Shown here in pieces: positions 11,101-23,400 of a stretch of DNA of 54,780 nucleotides (its first letter is position 1; the number at the start of each line of letters is the position of its first letter). The stretch covers positions 1 through 54,780 of the forward strand of contig JAUCBJ010004920.1 of the NCBI GenBank assembly GCA_032718475.1. Reading direction: 5' to 3'. The position numbers and the translations under genes are program-made. The DNA comes from Nemertoderma westbladi (lineage: Eukaryota > Animalia > Xenacoelomorpha). Below the pieces are notes generated by a model. That model saw nothing but the letters and a program-made list of their open reading frames with translations, ran no database searches and had not been told where the DNA came from.

Positions 11101-14100
11101 GAATTACCCTACTAATCGGACTTGATACACCGGAGTTACATATACCAACCGGAGACGTAGCCCGATCCGTAAAGCCGGACGATGGCTTTTATGCAGAACG
11201 CACCATCATGGGATGGACACTCTGCGGCATCAAAGAGGAGACTGCCGACACCTATACATATCTCCCTAAATGCCAGATTAAAGAGAATGCAACATCCGTG
11301 GGTTACTGTTCAGCCACCGACCTGGACGAGGATTTATTCCTAGAAACCGAAAAAACCCAGCAGGAGATGACCAAGTACTTCAACCTAGAGACCCAAGAGT
11401 TTGCTGAGAAGGACGAGAACCCGTCCGAGAAAGACCAATATTGTATCGACATCCTTGATCAGGCAACGTTCAAAGACGGACATTGGTGTTCGCCCATGCT
11501 GTGGAAAGATCCAGATAGACCAATGGCGAATATTACCAGCATGGCCCTTATGCGGCTCAAAGGAATCCTATGCCGGTTAAACGACCTACCCAAGATAAAG
11601 GAGAAATACAATAATGTAATTAAAGGATATCTAGAAGATGGATTGGCAGAAATGGTACCCCAGAATGAACTGCAAGGGGGTAGACGGACGTATTATCTCC
11701 CAACCCACTATGTGGTAGAAGCCCGGAAGGGTGTTAAAATCCGGGTAGTAAACGATGCTGCGGCTACGTATCAGGGAGAATCCCTGAACAGTCAACTCTA
11801 TACAGGGCCCAACATATACAGTACACTCATCGGCATGTTGATCAGGTTCAGGGAAAACCGAATAGCTTTCACATGCGACATCAAAGCGATGTTCCACCAG
11901 GTCCGAACACTACCAAGAGACTCAGATTGTCTACGCATATTATGGACAGATAAAACATTAACTCCACAGGAGATAAATCAACTCACCTTGAAGGATGTGG
12001 ACGTAATGCGCATGATTGTCAGGATCTTCGGCGCTAAGGACTCGCCGGTGGCATATAGTGACATGCTGAAGAAAACAGCGGCTATGTGCGAAAACGAGTT
12101 CCCTCCGGCAGTCATAGAGACCATCCAATGATGCTTCTACGTAGGCGACGGATGCGCCGGTGCCGATAATGTCAATGAGGCATATCAGCTGGCGATGGGA
12201 ATGGTGGAATGTTTAAAGAGAGGAGGCTTCCCTCTCATAAAGTTTAGATCCCACGATAAGGAACTTATGGAAAAGTTTCCGGAGGAAATCAGACTGGATG
12301 ACAATAAAATGTATTCCGAGGGCGTGGATCACCGTGTACTCGGTATCGAATGGGACATAGAATTGGATGAGTTCATCTTCAAATATAACCCCCTACCCAA
12401 GCCCATGACAAAAAGGGGATGTTTGTCTATAAAGAGTGCAATATTTGATCCACTAAACTTCATATCCCCAGTAATATTGGCTGGAATGAATCTGATCAAA
12501 GAGATGTGGATAACAGGACTGGGATGGGATGAGGAACTCCCCCCACACCTCAGTGCCAAATGGAGAAAGTGGACGGAACAACTCGAACATCTACATCTTA
12601 TGCGGATCCCTCGACCGTTCTTTCTCGATAAACTACCCACCGATATATTCCAGCTCCATACTTTCTCGGATGCATCGAATACTGGAATCGGCGTAGTTAC
12701 CTTCCTAAGAAGACTAAGTCAGGATGGAAACGGCGATACGAGCTTCTTATTCTCTAAGGCTAAGACGGTATCCGGGGAATTCGTAGCAACGATACTGAGA
12801 CTCGAGCTACAGGCCGCAGTTTGGGCAGTGAGGCAGAACCGCATGATCATGCGGAACTTAAGAATCCCCATCGAATCGCAGCATTTCTGGGTCGATTCGA
12901 GTATTGTACTCTACTACCTCCACTCACCATCATGGCGTCATACCACGTTTGTAGCGAACCGAGCCATGGAGATAAAACAGTGTACTGGCCGAGAACAGTG
13001 GCACCATGTAAACGGGAAAGAAAACCCAGCGGACTTATCGAGCAGAGGCGCCACCCCACGACAGCTCGGTAAGAGTAAACTTTGGCTCACAGGCCCGGAA
13101 TTCCTACAGCAGCCACAATTAACCTGGAGTACCTGATTCGATCCCGAACTAGATAGCGGAAAATACTCCGAAGACGACAAGGAGATCCGTAAAGTCCATA
13201 GAAGCGCCACAGTGGAGATCTATAGTTGTCTGACCGAGCCTGCAAAGGACTCGGGCAGGCGCTATAATATCGCGACTATCACACAACCAGCGGCGTCTTT
13301 ACAACTATTGATAGAGCGAACCTCCTCAATGAGACGTCTCATCCACCATGTCATAACTCTTCGCAACTTCCTACTGTGGAAGGATAACAAACCGATAGTT
13401 CGACGAAGTATACAAGAACTCATTATTGCGGAGAAATGTATTGTTAGATATGTCCAGAAAGAAAGTTTCCCGATGAGTGGGAACAGCTCAGTGCGGGCAA
13501 GACTTTGAAACCGGACAGTCCAGTCTACCAATTGAGACCCATGATGGGAGAAGACGGACTGATTCGACTGAATACCCGGATGGCAAATGCCCCGGTCGAA
13601 TACGAAGTCAAATACCCAGCGCTTCTGCCCGGAACGTCAACACTAGCCAAGCTATTAATCCAACAGTGTCACGAAGAAAACCATCACACGGGCCAGAACT
13701 GGATTATGGCTAACATCCGGCAAAGATATTGGATTACCCACATCCAGCCACTGATCCGGAAAGTATTAAAGCGTTGTTTTCCTTGCAGAAGATACCTAGC
13801 GCCACCACTCACACAAAGAATGGCCGACCTACCGGCCACACGACTGCAGTCCGATTCCCCACCATTCTACGTAACTGGAGTAGACTGTTTCGGACCATTC
13901 ACAGTCATCGAGCGACGATCCAACATAAAATGCTGGGGAGCCATCTTTACATGCCTTAGGTCTAGGGCGATCTACCTAGACCTCGTAGTAAACCTTACGC
14001 AACACGCATTTATCAACGCCCTGCGTCGGTTCGTGGCAAACAATGGAACATGTCGTCATATGTACTCCGATAATGGTTCAAACTTCGTGGGAGGAGAAAG

Positions 14101-14842
14101 GGAACTTAGAGAGGCGATCGAGGGATGGTTCACCGAAGACACCGCATCCCAAGTTTGGAGGGAACACCATATACAATGGCACTTCCAAACACCCTTGGCA
14201 CCCCATACGAGCGGGGTATGGGAGAAGCTCATCGACTTGATGAAACGATCCATGCGCGTTGCATTAGGGGATACCCGGGTAACCCATGACACCCTTCGCA
14301 CAACATTCTGCGAGATCACGGCTACCCTAAACAACCGGCCCATCGTACCTATCCACGACGACCCCACAGATCTAGAGCCTCTTACACCTAACCATCTACT
14401 CGGAAGACCCAAAACCAAAATTCTTCCAGAGGCGATGTTCCCAGACCCCAACGATATCGCGAGACATACCAATTGGAAGAAGGCCCAAGTGCTGGCAGCG
14501 CATTGGTGGTGAATCTGGGCCCAAGAGTACCTCATAACCCTCCGGACCAGGAGGAAGTGGAACAACACCTACAGGAATGTCGCCATTGGCGACATGGTGT
14601 TGGTTAAGGAAGACCTTAAAGACCGCGTCCACTGGCCTGTGGCGCGAGTCGTGGCAATAACCCCGAGTAAAGACGGACTTGCGAGAACTGTGACGATACG
14701 AACGGCAAAGGGCCACTACCAATGCCCTATCCAGAGGCTGTGCCTTCTCGAAGGCAATGACAGTGGTGACTTCACGAGAAGTGATAAGTTCCCTACTCCG
14801 GATCCTGCTGCAGACATTGGTGACAATGCTAAACCCGTTTAA
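8187..14842 (+). pseudogene. BEL/Pao gag-pol polyprotein, disrupted by ~4 frameshifts and several TGA stops
   Basis: Coiled-coil repeats; FEGDPVDY..F gag motif; three Zn knuckles (CFRCLGTGHYVQDC; C..C...HHTLLH); PR AFLDNGS; RT DIKAMFHQV, FGAKDSP, YVGD (mutated YxDD); RH FSDAS, RLELQAA, NPADLSSRG; IN HHCC, VDCFGP, SDNGSNF, GVWEKL. Confidence 0.95.
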
Positions 14843-15137
14843 ACCCTTCCCATCCTGTTGACAAACTCTTTAAAATGTTCTTTATCGACAATGAATAGTG
14901 GACCCCCCTTAAACCAACTGTAACCACGCAATGGTATTTGTGTTTCCTCATGTGTTATGTAGAGTCCAGCGTCACCCTGCAGATGTTTCGACTGACGCAG
15001 GGTAGTTTATGTATTGTTCACCCTGATTTTGGTCATCAGGACCAACTATATTGGATTATTGGAAATGGAAAAGATTTGAAGTGGAATTCATTGTATCCAT
15101 TGTGTTGTATTGTGTTGTCTGTTGCGTGCGCAGTTCG

Positions 15138-15540
15138 GGGCGTAGGCGGTGTAACTAGTCCAGCTGTAGATCCCGGATTGCCACGCAACACCCCCTCTAT
15201 CCCGTTATTCTGGTGGGTCCATGGTGCATCCATATGACTTCGCCGATAGAGGTTTTATGTTTCTCAGTCGCGTTATTCTGGTGGGACCGTTGCGTGGATT
15301 TTGGGGCGTAGGCGGTGTAACTAGTCCAGCTGTAGATCCCAGAATGTTACATAACCCCATCCCACATGACTTTGTCGGCTGAGCTTTATGTTGTTGGGAG
15401 TGTTATTCTGGTGGGTCCCTGGTGCATTCCACGTGACTTCACTCCTAGCGTCTTCATTGTCCGTTATGTGTGCAGTTTGGGGCATAGGCGGTGTAACTAG
15501 CCCAGCTGTAGATCCCAGATTGCCACGTAACACCCCTTCC
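15138..15540 (+). repeat. Three copies of a ~40-bp GC-rich motif in the pol-ORF3 spacer
   Basis: GGGGCRTAGGCGGTGTAACTAGYCCAGCTGTAGATCCC at ~15138, ~15303 and ~15479; GTTATTCTGGTGGG also occurs 3 times. Confidence 0.85.
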
Positions 15541-16083
15541 ACAACGAAAATTTCCCAAAGAAGATGGTTGAATGTAGTTGGAAATGATGAAAAGAAACAG
15601 ACAACCTTACTATAAACTGAATGAAAATGTAATGATGCGCACCCTGGTGCTGTGCTTATAACAAATAATGATAGCCGGGGGGCTATAACCCCAATGATGA
15701 AATGTGGAAATAAATGAAATGTGTAGTAAATGTGAAATAAATGATGTAATGTGGAAATAAATGATGAAATGTGGAAAGAAATAATGAAATGTGAAATGAG
15801 TAATAAATGAGAAATAAAAAAAAGACAAAAAAAATGTATAAAATGTAGAAAGGAAAATAATTGGAAAAAGAAGAAGACATAAAAAGTCAAAACTGGTTGG
15901 ATATAATTGTATAGCTATAGTAACTGTAAATACTGAATGTAGTAGATGGTAGATGCCTATATAGCAATAATAATTAATAAACTGAATTACAAATAAACTG
16001 AATTATTCTGCAGTCACTATAGAATCATACTTTCTGGATTTATAATTAACTTACTTAAGTTTGCAACGGACATAATTGAAAAT

Positions 16084-18639
16084 ATGGACCCAAATCGCCA
16101 AATTCTCGGTGAACTACGTAATACACTAGATTTACTGGAATATCCACAGCCTGGATCTCCTAAATTTGATACAGAATGGAACTCCCTGATAACTGAGAAT
16201 GTGCGAATCATTAAATTCTCCGGGCGAGAGGGACCGGATTCCCGTAATCTACGAGAGCTCCAGTTGACCGATGTTAGTACGAGCCTGAAAAGAACTCGGA
16301 ACACAAAGGCAACCGGAGGAGCGGAGTTGTCGTTCTGGGATACGTTCCGGCAAAGCGTCTACAAATCCCGATGCTTGATATACGACAACGAGGGAAACGC
16401 AACACCCACCTCGAAAGCGATTACGTTGGCGCGATGCCAAAGTTTTGTTGATGACAAGAGTATGTACCTCACCCACTGGGGAAACCTAGCGGAGTGTACA
16501 GCGACGCTGAGAGAGGAACGTATATCAGTTATCCAGAATCGCGACGACTACCAGGAGAAGTATGGGACGAAGGAATACGGTCGATCATTGGTCATCATCC
16601 TCGGAACCCTAGATGGTCTGGTGTTGATATGTCGAATATTCCCGACACCCAAACAGGAAGTGTGGACAGCCGGAGCGGTCTGGCTATTACCACCGGAGAT
16701 CCAACAGATCCTATTCGATTTCGATGTCATTAAAATTGGGTCGGATATAAAGGCGGACCTCCGAAACAACTACGCTAACGCTCCTTTCGGAAGAAACCGT
16801 CGAGAAGATCTCAATGCCATTAGTCATTGCGTCGACACCCAAACACTGTTAGCCTGGTTGCAATCCACAGAATTCATGTGCGGATTCCGGGAGGTGAGAC
16901 CGACGAAATCCGGTATCGGCTACCTCGCGGTGCTAAACGGCGGTATAGACTTTAAACCTCAGAAATTCCAGGATTATAATAAGATATATGGTGGGTACCC
17001 GGAATTAGAGATAAAGAGTGAGCGAGAGAGTCATTGGAAGGACGTAGAAAGAAAGTGGATGATCCACCACAAGTGGGAGAATCCGGATCGACGGAACTAT
17101 ATCTACGTCGTAATGGAATCATACACAGTTGCCAAGTTCATCTGTAAGACTCTCGATAATCTCATTAATGCGGTTCCTAGATCCTATATCGACTATGAGT
17201 GGAACGAAGTTATCGACCACGCATTCAAAGTGGTAGAGAATATTCCACCGGGAAAGACAAAAACGCTCCACGTCATCACATCCTGGGACGAGAATGGACT
17301 GTTCGACATCCCTACGATTGCTGATCTCCTCGGTGCAGAGGAACCACTGATATCTTCGGATGGGGAGGAATTATGGCTACAGGAAGGTGTTCTGCTGTCC
17401 ACCCCAAAGCGACAACTCGATCCGGAAGTCGCGTACGAACCGGCCGCCAAACGGGTCGCCTCGGCCGAACCTGCGACGGAAGCAGGCGTATCCACCCCAC
17501 TTGGCTCCGGTAGTCCTGCTAGGGAGCTAGTAACCACCTTCGCGCTGAATGACTTCGGCGACATATGCCAGAGGTTGTCTCCATATCCATTCCCGGGGGG
17601 AGAAGACTGGTCTTCGGAGATCCCGAGTACCAGCACCCAACGGACCCGCTCAGCGATACAGGTTGCAAAGGGTCCCAGCATTGCTCCGACTCCCGTAGAT
17701 CTCCTCGGAATTCCTCCGGCGAACGCCCCGGCACCTCTTTGCCGTCCAGCTGTGGAAACGGCCCCTTCCGTTCCACAAGACCCTATGTGACTTACCCGAT
17801 GGTACGCCGAACAGACCGAATGGATCCACCACCAGAAACGGGCGCCCGGGATGCGACCGGCAGGATATAAAGAAGGTTATCGAAATGAGAACATACTATG
17901 CCAAAGCCAAACTTTCCGCGGGCTACCGGCCACGGCGAGTATACCCAAAAGCGACTGACGACTGGAGTATTACGCCAGCGTACCGATTCCGATAATCTTC
18001 AGCCGGGAGATGCAACTGGAGGTGTGCGGAAACTGCGGTTCGGAGCAGTGTCCACCCGGAAGGAGAAATCGGGTTACCGATTCGTGCCTCCAGCTCCTTG
18101 GGATACTTTACTGTCCCTATTGCGCGACATCGGGCCACGATGTTTCGGTTTGTCCTATCCTTTACAACCTCTGCACAGAATGCGGCTTCCGTGGACATTC
18201 CGCAAGCCCCTGTTGTAACATAATGTGTCCTACGAAGGACGTAACAGCTATGGGAAATATGGTTATGTTCGAAACCTACGCCAATAACCACGTAAAGACC
18301 AAAGTGCAGAGAAGCGCTCGAAATATCGCGCAAGAGATGGCGTGTGGGTACTTCTCGTTCCCAGAACGCCTCCATACGACAGCGACGCTACCATTCCATT
18401 ACGTGGATCTATTATTAAGCGCTGGATTATTCGGCCCCTTCGAGATCCTTAGGCGTTTATACTCCTATAAGGAAGAATTCGGTGACGGAAAGTGGTTCCT
18501 AGAGGCACGCACTACCGAGTTGGAGAGACGGACGGATATGATCCCGCTACCATCTAAGGGAAGAGCCGCCAGGAGACAAGCTGAAGCGATGATGCTCCCC
18601 TACCAGCACTGGCGATCGACGAGAGTAGACGGGCGATGA
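16084..18639 (+). pseudogene. Accessory ORF3: DEDDy-like (WRN/EXD2/RNase D type) 3'-5' exonuclease plus CCHC zinc knuckles; ~851 codons with two in-frame TGA
   Basis: ORFs 16084-17790 and 18010-18639 are in the same frame, separated only by TGA at 17788 and 17956. ExoI LIYDNEG; LPPEIQQILFDFDVIKIGSDIKAD (ExoII); VDTQ; GIGYLA; W..P....YVVME (ExoIII-like); CPYCATSGHDVSVC and CTECGFRGHSASPC. Confidence 0.75.
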
Positions 18640-18836
18640 GGAGAAAGGCGTATCAGAGTAAGAAATAGAGGACCAGGATATTCCAGAGACATATATATCG
18701 AACATTTATTTGTATATTTACATAAACTAACTCTAGGAAAAATTAATCAAGACTATGCAATATTAAAATTTGGGTTTTTTATATGGGAAATGACCTACGC
18801 AAGCTCGATCTACCGATAGACCTCACAAAGGTCATT

Positions 18837-18845
18837 GGGGGGGAC
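18837..18845 (+). other. Polypurine tract
   Basis: GGGGGGGAC directly before the 3' LTR TG. Confidence 0.85.
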
Positions 18846-20342
18846 TGTTCGCGGTATTTCAACTTTTCTTAACGCGAGTTGAATATTTTTTGGATTTATT
18901 TGAAATGAATATTCCAATATCAATACTGGGTGCGGGAACATGGAATTCGGGCACATTCAATGGACTGGGGGCGATTTACGGGCGAATATTGGGGCAACTT
19001 ACGGGGTACGGGACTCATGTCAGATATTTAAGGGCCAGGGGTGGGAGGCAAAGTTAAGCAGTACTCAGGTTTGTCTGAATACTATTAGGCCTAGCCAACT
19101 TCCTGCTGCCTGTAGAGGTGGATTTGGTAACTCACAAGGCCTAGGGACAAGGACTGCCCTTAGCGGTCCCTGGCCAACAGTAGTTATTACGAGCCTGAAT
19201 AAGGACTCGGAAAGTCTGCTGCTTGTGTCAGGGATTTGCAACAGGAACCGACAGACAGATCCTTAGCGGTCCCTGGTCGCCGGCAGTTATTACGAGCCTG
19301 AATAAGGACTCGGAAAGCTTGCCGACATATGCCAGGGACTTGCAACGGGTCGACCGACTAACGGAGGAAGGGTTCGACAAGGACTGCCTTCCTGGAGTGG
19401 GTTCCACGACTGGCGTTAGTACGAGCCTGAATAAGGACTCGGAAAACCACCAACCGTTGGGACTCACGACGGGCTGACAGACCCCTTGCCAAGCCGTACC
19501 GCTTTCCTGATGACCGATCCCTTCGGGGTTCGGGAAGGGTGGGACGGACACGCAATGGGGTCGAAAGACAAAGGACTGGACTCTACTGGCCTACCGACTG
19601 TTCGGAGCAGCTTCTCGGCTACCGAAGCGACTACGAGCCTGAAAAGGATTCGGAAAGCTTAGGTGGTTGGGTCCCTGTAATGAACCGACGGACCCCTAGC
19701 CAAGCCGTACCGCTTTCCTGATGACCGATCCCTTCGGGGTTCGGGAACGGTGGGACGGACACGCAAACGGGTCCACCGACTTGACAGACCCCTAGCCAAG
19801 CCATACCGCTTTCCTGATGACCGATCCCTTCGGGGTTCGGGAAGGGCGGGATGGACACGCAACGGGGTCTACCGACTTGACCGACCCTTAGCCAAGCCGT
19901 ACCGCTTTCCTGATGACCGATCCCTCCGGGGTTCAGGAAGGATGGGACGGACACGCAACAGGGTCGACCGACACCGAAACTACGGTACTGAGACTAGGAC
20001 CGAGGGAAAATGGGGAACGTTAGTTAGGTTAAAATCTAAAGCGAACATTGGGTAATTAAATAATGTACTGTAGGGATTTATATTGTCATATATTATTGTG
20101 AATATTTGGTGTATATTGGTTTGGGAAAGCCCAACTTATTCTCAATCAAGATTCAACCATAGGGAAGTTACATTAAAGATTATATCCAACCAATGCAACT
20201 TTTTCTCAACCGCGATCTTGCATTTAAGAAAGTATTCCTTCTCCACTCCCAATATCCGGTGACTGGCCGGAATTCCGTGGTCTAAAAGTTCCGCCTCCAG
20301 CATCGGCGTTTTTCCCCCATGGTGTCGGGAATAACGGCAACA
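18846..20342 (+). repeat. 3' LTR (1497 bp; one extra 96-bp unit relative to the 5' LTR)
   Basis: Colinear with the 5' LTR; 96-bp units at 19716, 19812 and 19908. Confidence 0.95.
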
Positions 20343-20477
20343 TACAGTAATCAAGTACAGTATCTATATTTTTGACTACCAGTGAGATAAACGAAACGGT
20401 GAGATAAAGGAGAATAATTCGGAACAACACTGGAAGTCGTATTTAGGATGTGGAACTGTTTAAGCGAGAGAGAGAGA

Positions 20478-23400
20478 GAGAACATATGATATACATGGAG
20501 TAGCCAAGGAACTTCAGAGAACATGTGATATACATACATGGTGTAGCCAGGGAACTTCAGAGAACATGGGATATACATGGTGCAGCCACGGAACTTCAGA
20601 GAACATGGGATATACATGGTGTAGCCACGGAACTCCAGAGAACATGTGATAAACATGGTGTAGCCAGGGAACTTCAGAGAACATGTGATATACATGGTGT
20701 AGCCAGGGAACTTCAGAAAACATGTGATATACATGGTGTAGCCAGGGAACTTCAGAGAACATGTTATATACATGGTGTAGCCACGGAACTCCAGAGAACA
20801 TGTGATATACATACATGGTGTAGCCACGGAACTCCAGAGAACATGTGATAAACATGGTGTAGCCAGGGAACTTCAGAGAATATGTGATATACATGGTGTA
20901 GCCAGGGAACTTCAGAGAACATGGGATATACATGGTGTAGCCACGGAACTCCAGAGAACATGTGATATACATGGTGTAGCCAGGGAACTTCAGAGAACAT
21001 GTGATATACATGGTGTAGCCAGGGAACTTCAGAGAACATGTACATGGTGTAGCCACTAAACTTTAGAGAACATATGATTGATATACATGGTGTAGCCACG
21101 GAACTCCAGAGAACATGTGATATACATGGTGTAGCCAGGGAACTTCAGAGAACATGTGATATACATGGTGTAGCCAGGGAACTTCAGAGAACATGTACAT
21201 GGTGTAGCCACTAAACTTTAGAGAACATATGATTGATATACATGGTGTAGCCACGGAACTCCAGAGAACATGTGATATACATACATGGTGTAGCCACGGA
21301 ACTCCAGAGAACATGTGATATACATGGTGTAGCCACGGAACTTCAGAGAACATGGGATATACATGGTGTAGCCACGGAACACCAGAGAACATGTGATATA
21401 CAGGGTGTAGCCACGGTACTTCAGAGAATATGGGATATACATGGTGTAGCCACGGAACTTCAGAGAACATGTGATATACATGGTGTAGCCACGGAACTTC
21501 AGAGAACATGGGATATACATGGCGTAGCCACGGAACTTCAGAGAACATATGATCGACCTATACATGGTGTAGCCACGGAACTTCAGAGAACATGTGATAT
21601 ACTTACATGGTGTAGCCACGGAACTTCAGAGAACATGTGATATACTTACATGGTGTAGCCACGGTACTTCAGAGAACATATGATCGACCTATACATGGTG
21701 TAGCCACGGAACTTCAGAGAACATGTGATATACATGGTGTAGCCACGGAACTTCAGAGAACATGGGATATACTTACATGGTGTAGCCACGGAACTTCAGA
21801 GAACATGTGATATACATGGTGTAGCCAGGGAACTTCAGAGAACATGGGATATACATGGTGTAGCCACGGAACTTCAGAGAACATATGATCGACCTATACA
21901 TGGTGTAGCCACGGAACTGCAGAGAACATATGATCGACCAATACATGGTGTAGCCACGGAACTTCAGAGGTAGCCACGGAACTTCAGAGAACATGGGATA
22001 TACTTACATGGTGTAGCCAGGTAACTTCAGATAACATGTGATATACTTACATGGTGTAGCCACGGCACTTCAGAGAACATGGGATATACATGGTGTAGCC
22101 ACGGAACTTCAGAGAACATGTGATATACTTACATGGTGTAGACAGTAGACACGGTACTTCAGAGAACATGGGATGTACATGGTGTAGCCACTAAACTTTA
22201 GAGAACATATGATTGATATACATGGTGTAGCCACGGAACTCCAGAGAACATGTGATATACATACATGGTGTAGCCACGGAACTCCAGAGAACATGTGATA
22301 TACATGGTGTAGCCACGGAACTTCAGAGAACATGGGATATACATGGTGTAGCCACGGAACACCAGAGAACATGTGATATACAGGGTGTAGCCACGGTACT
22401 TCAGAGAACATGGGATATACATGGTGTAGCCAAGGAACTTCAGAGAACATGTGATATACATGGTGTAGCCACGGAACTTCAGAGAACATGGGATATACAT
22501 GGCGTAGCCACGGAACTTCAGAGAACATATGATCGACCTATACATGGTGTAGCCACGGAACTTCAGAGAACATGTGATATACTTACATGGTGTAGCCACG
22601 GAACTTCAGAGAACATGTGATATACTTACATGGTGTAGCCACGGTACTTCAGAGAACATATGATCGACCTATACATGGTGTAGCCACGGAACTTCAGAGA
22701 ACATGTGATATACATGGTGTAGCCACGGAACTTCAGAGAACATGGGATATACTTACATGGTGTAGCCACGGAACTTCAGAGAACATGTGATATACATGGT
22801 GTAGCCAGGGAACTTCAGAGAACATGGGATATACATGGTGTAGCCACGGAACTTCAGAGAACATATGATCGACCTATACATGGTGTAGTCACGGAACTGC
22901 AGAGAACATATGATCGACCTATACATGGTGTAGCCACGGAACTTCAGAGGTAGCCACGGAACTTCAGAGAACATGGGATATACTTACATGGTGTAGCCAC
23001 GTAACTTCAGATAACATGTGATATACTTACATGGTGTAGCCACGGTACTTCAGAGAACATGGGATATACATGGTGTAGCCACGGAACTTCAGAGAACATG
23101 TGATATACTTACATGGTGTAGACAGTAGACACGGTACTTCAGAGAACATGGGATGTACATGGTGTAGCCACGGAACTGCAGAGAACATGGGATATACTTA
23201 CATGGTGTAGCCACGGAACTTCAGATAACATCGGATATACATGGTGTAGCCACGGAACTTCAGCAGAAAACATGTGATATACATGGTGTAGCCACGGAAC
23301 TTCAGAGAACATTATGATATACATGGTGTAGCTACGGAACTTCAGAGAACATGTGATATACATGGTGTAGCCACGTAACTTCAGAGAACATGTGATATAC

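Larger units (their letters stand above)
6391..20342 (+). mobile_element. Full-length, decayed BEL/Pao LTR retrotransposon with an extra ORF
   Basis: Two homologous LTRs (TGTT...AACA); 5-bp TSD TACAA/TACAG with one mismatch; PPT; gag-PR-RT-RH-IN order with BEL-type motifs. Confidence 0.95.

Noticed and set aside
15138-15540. Twister, pistol or HDV ribozyme in the spacer repeats
   Set aside because: Conserved catalytic-core sequences were not found by eye on either strand
16084-18639. Envelope gene
   Set aside because: No signal peptide or transmembrane segment; it has exonuclease and Zn-knuckle motifs instead
8280-19942. Selenocysteine or UGA recoding (TGA-only stops plus AUGA/GA hairpins resembling SECIS)
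   Set aside because: The upper helix is only ~8 bp with no apical AA, frameshifts are also present, and CGA>TGA decay is simpler
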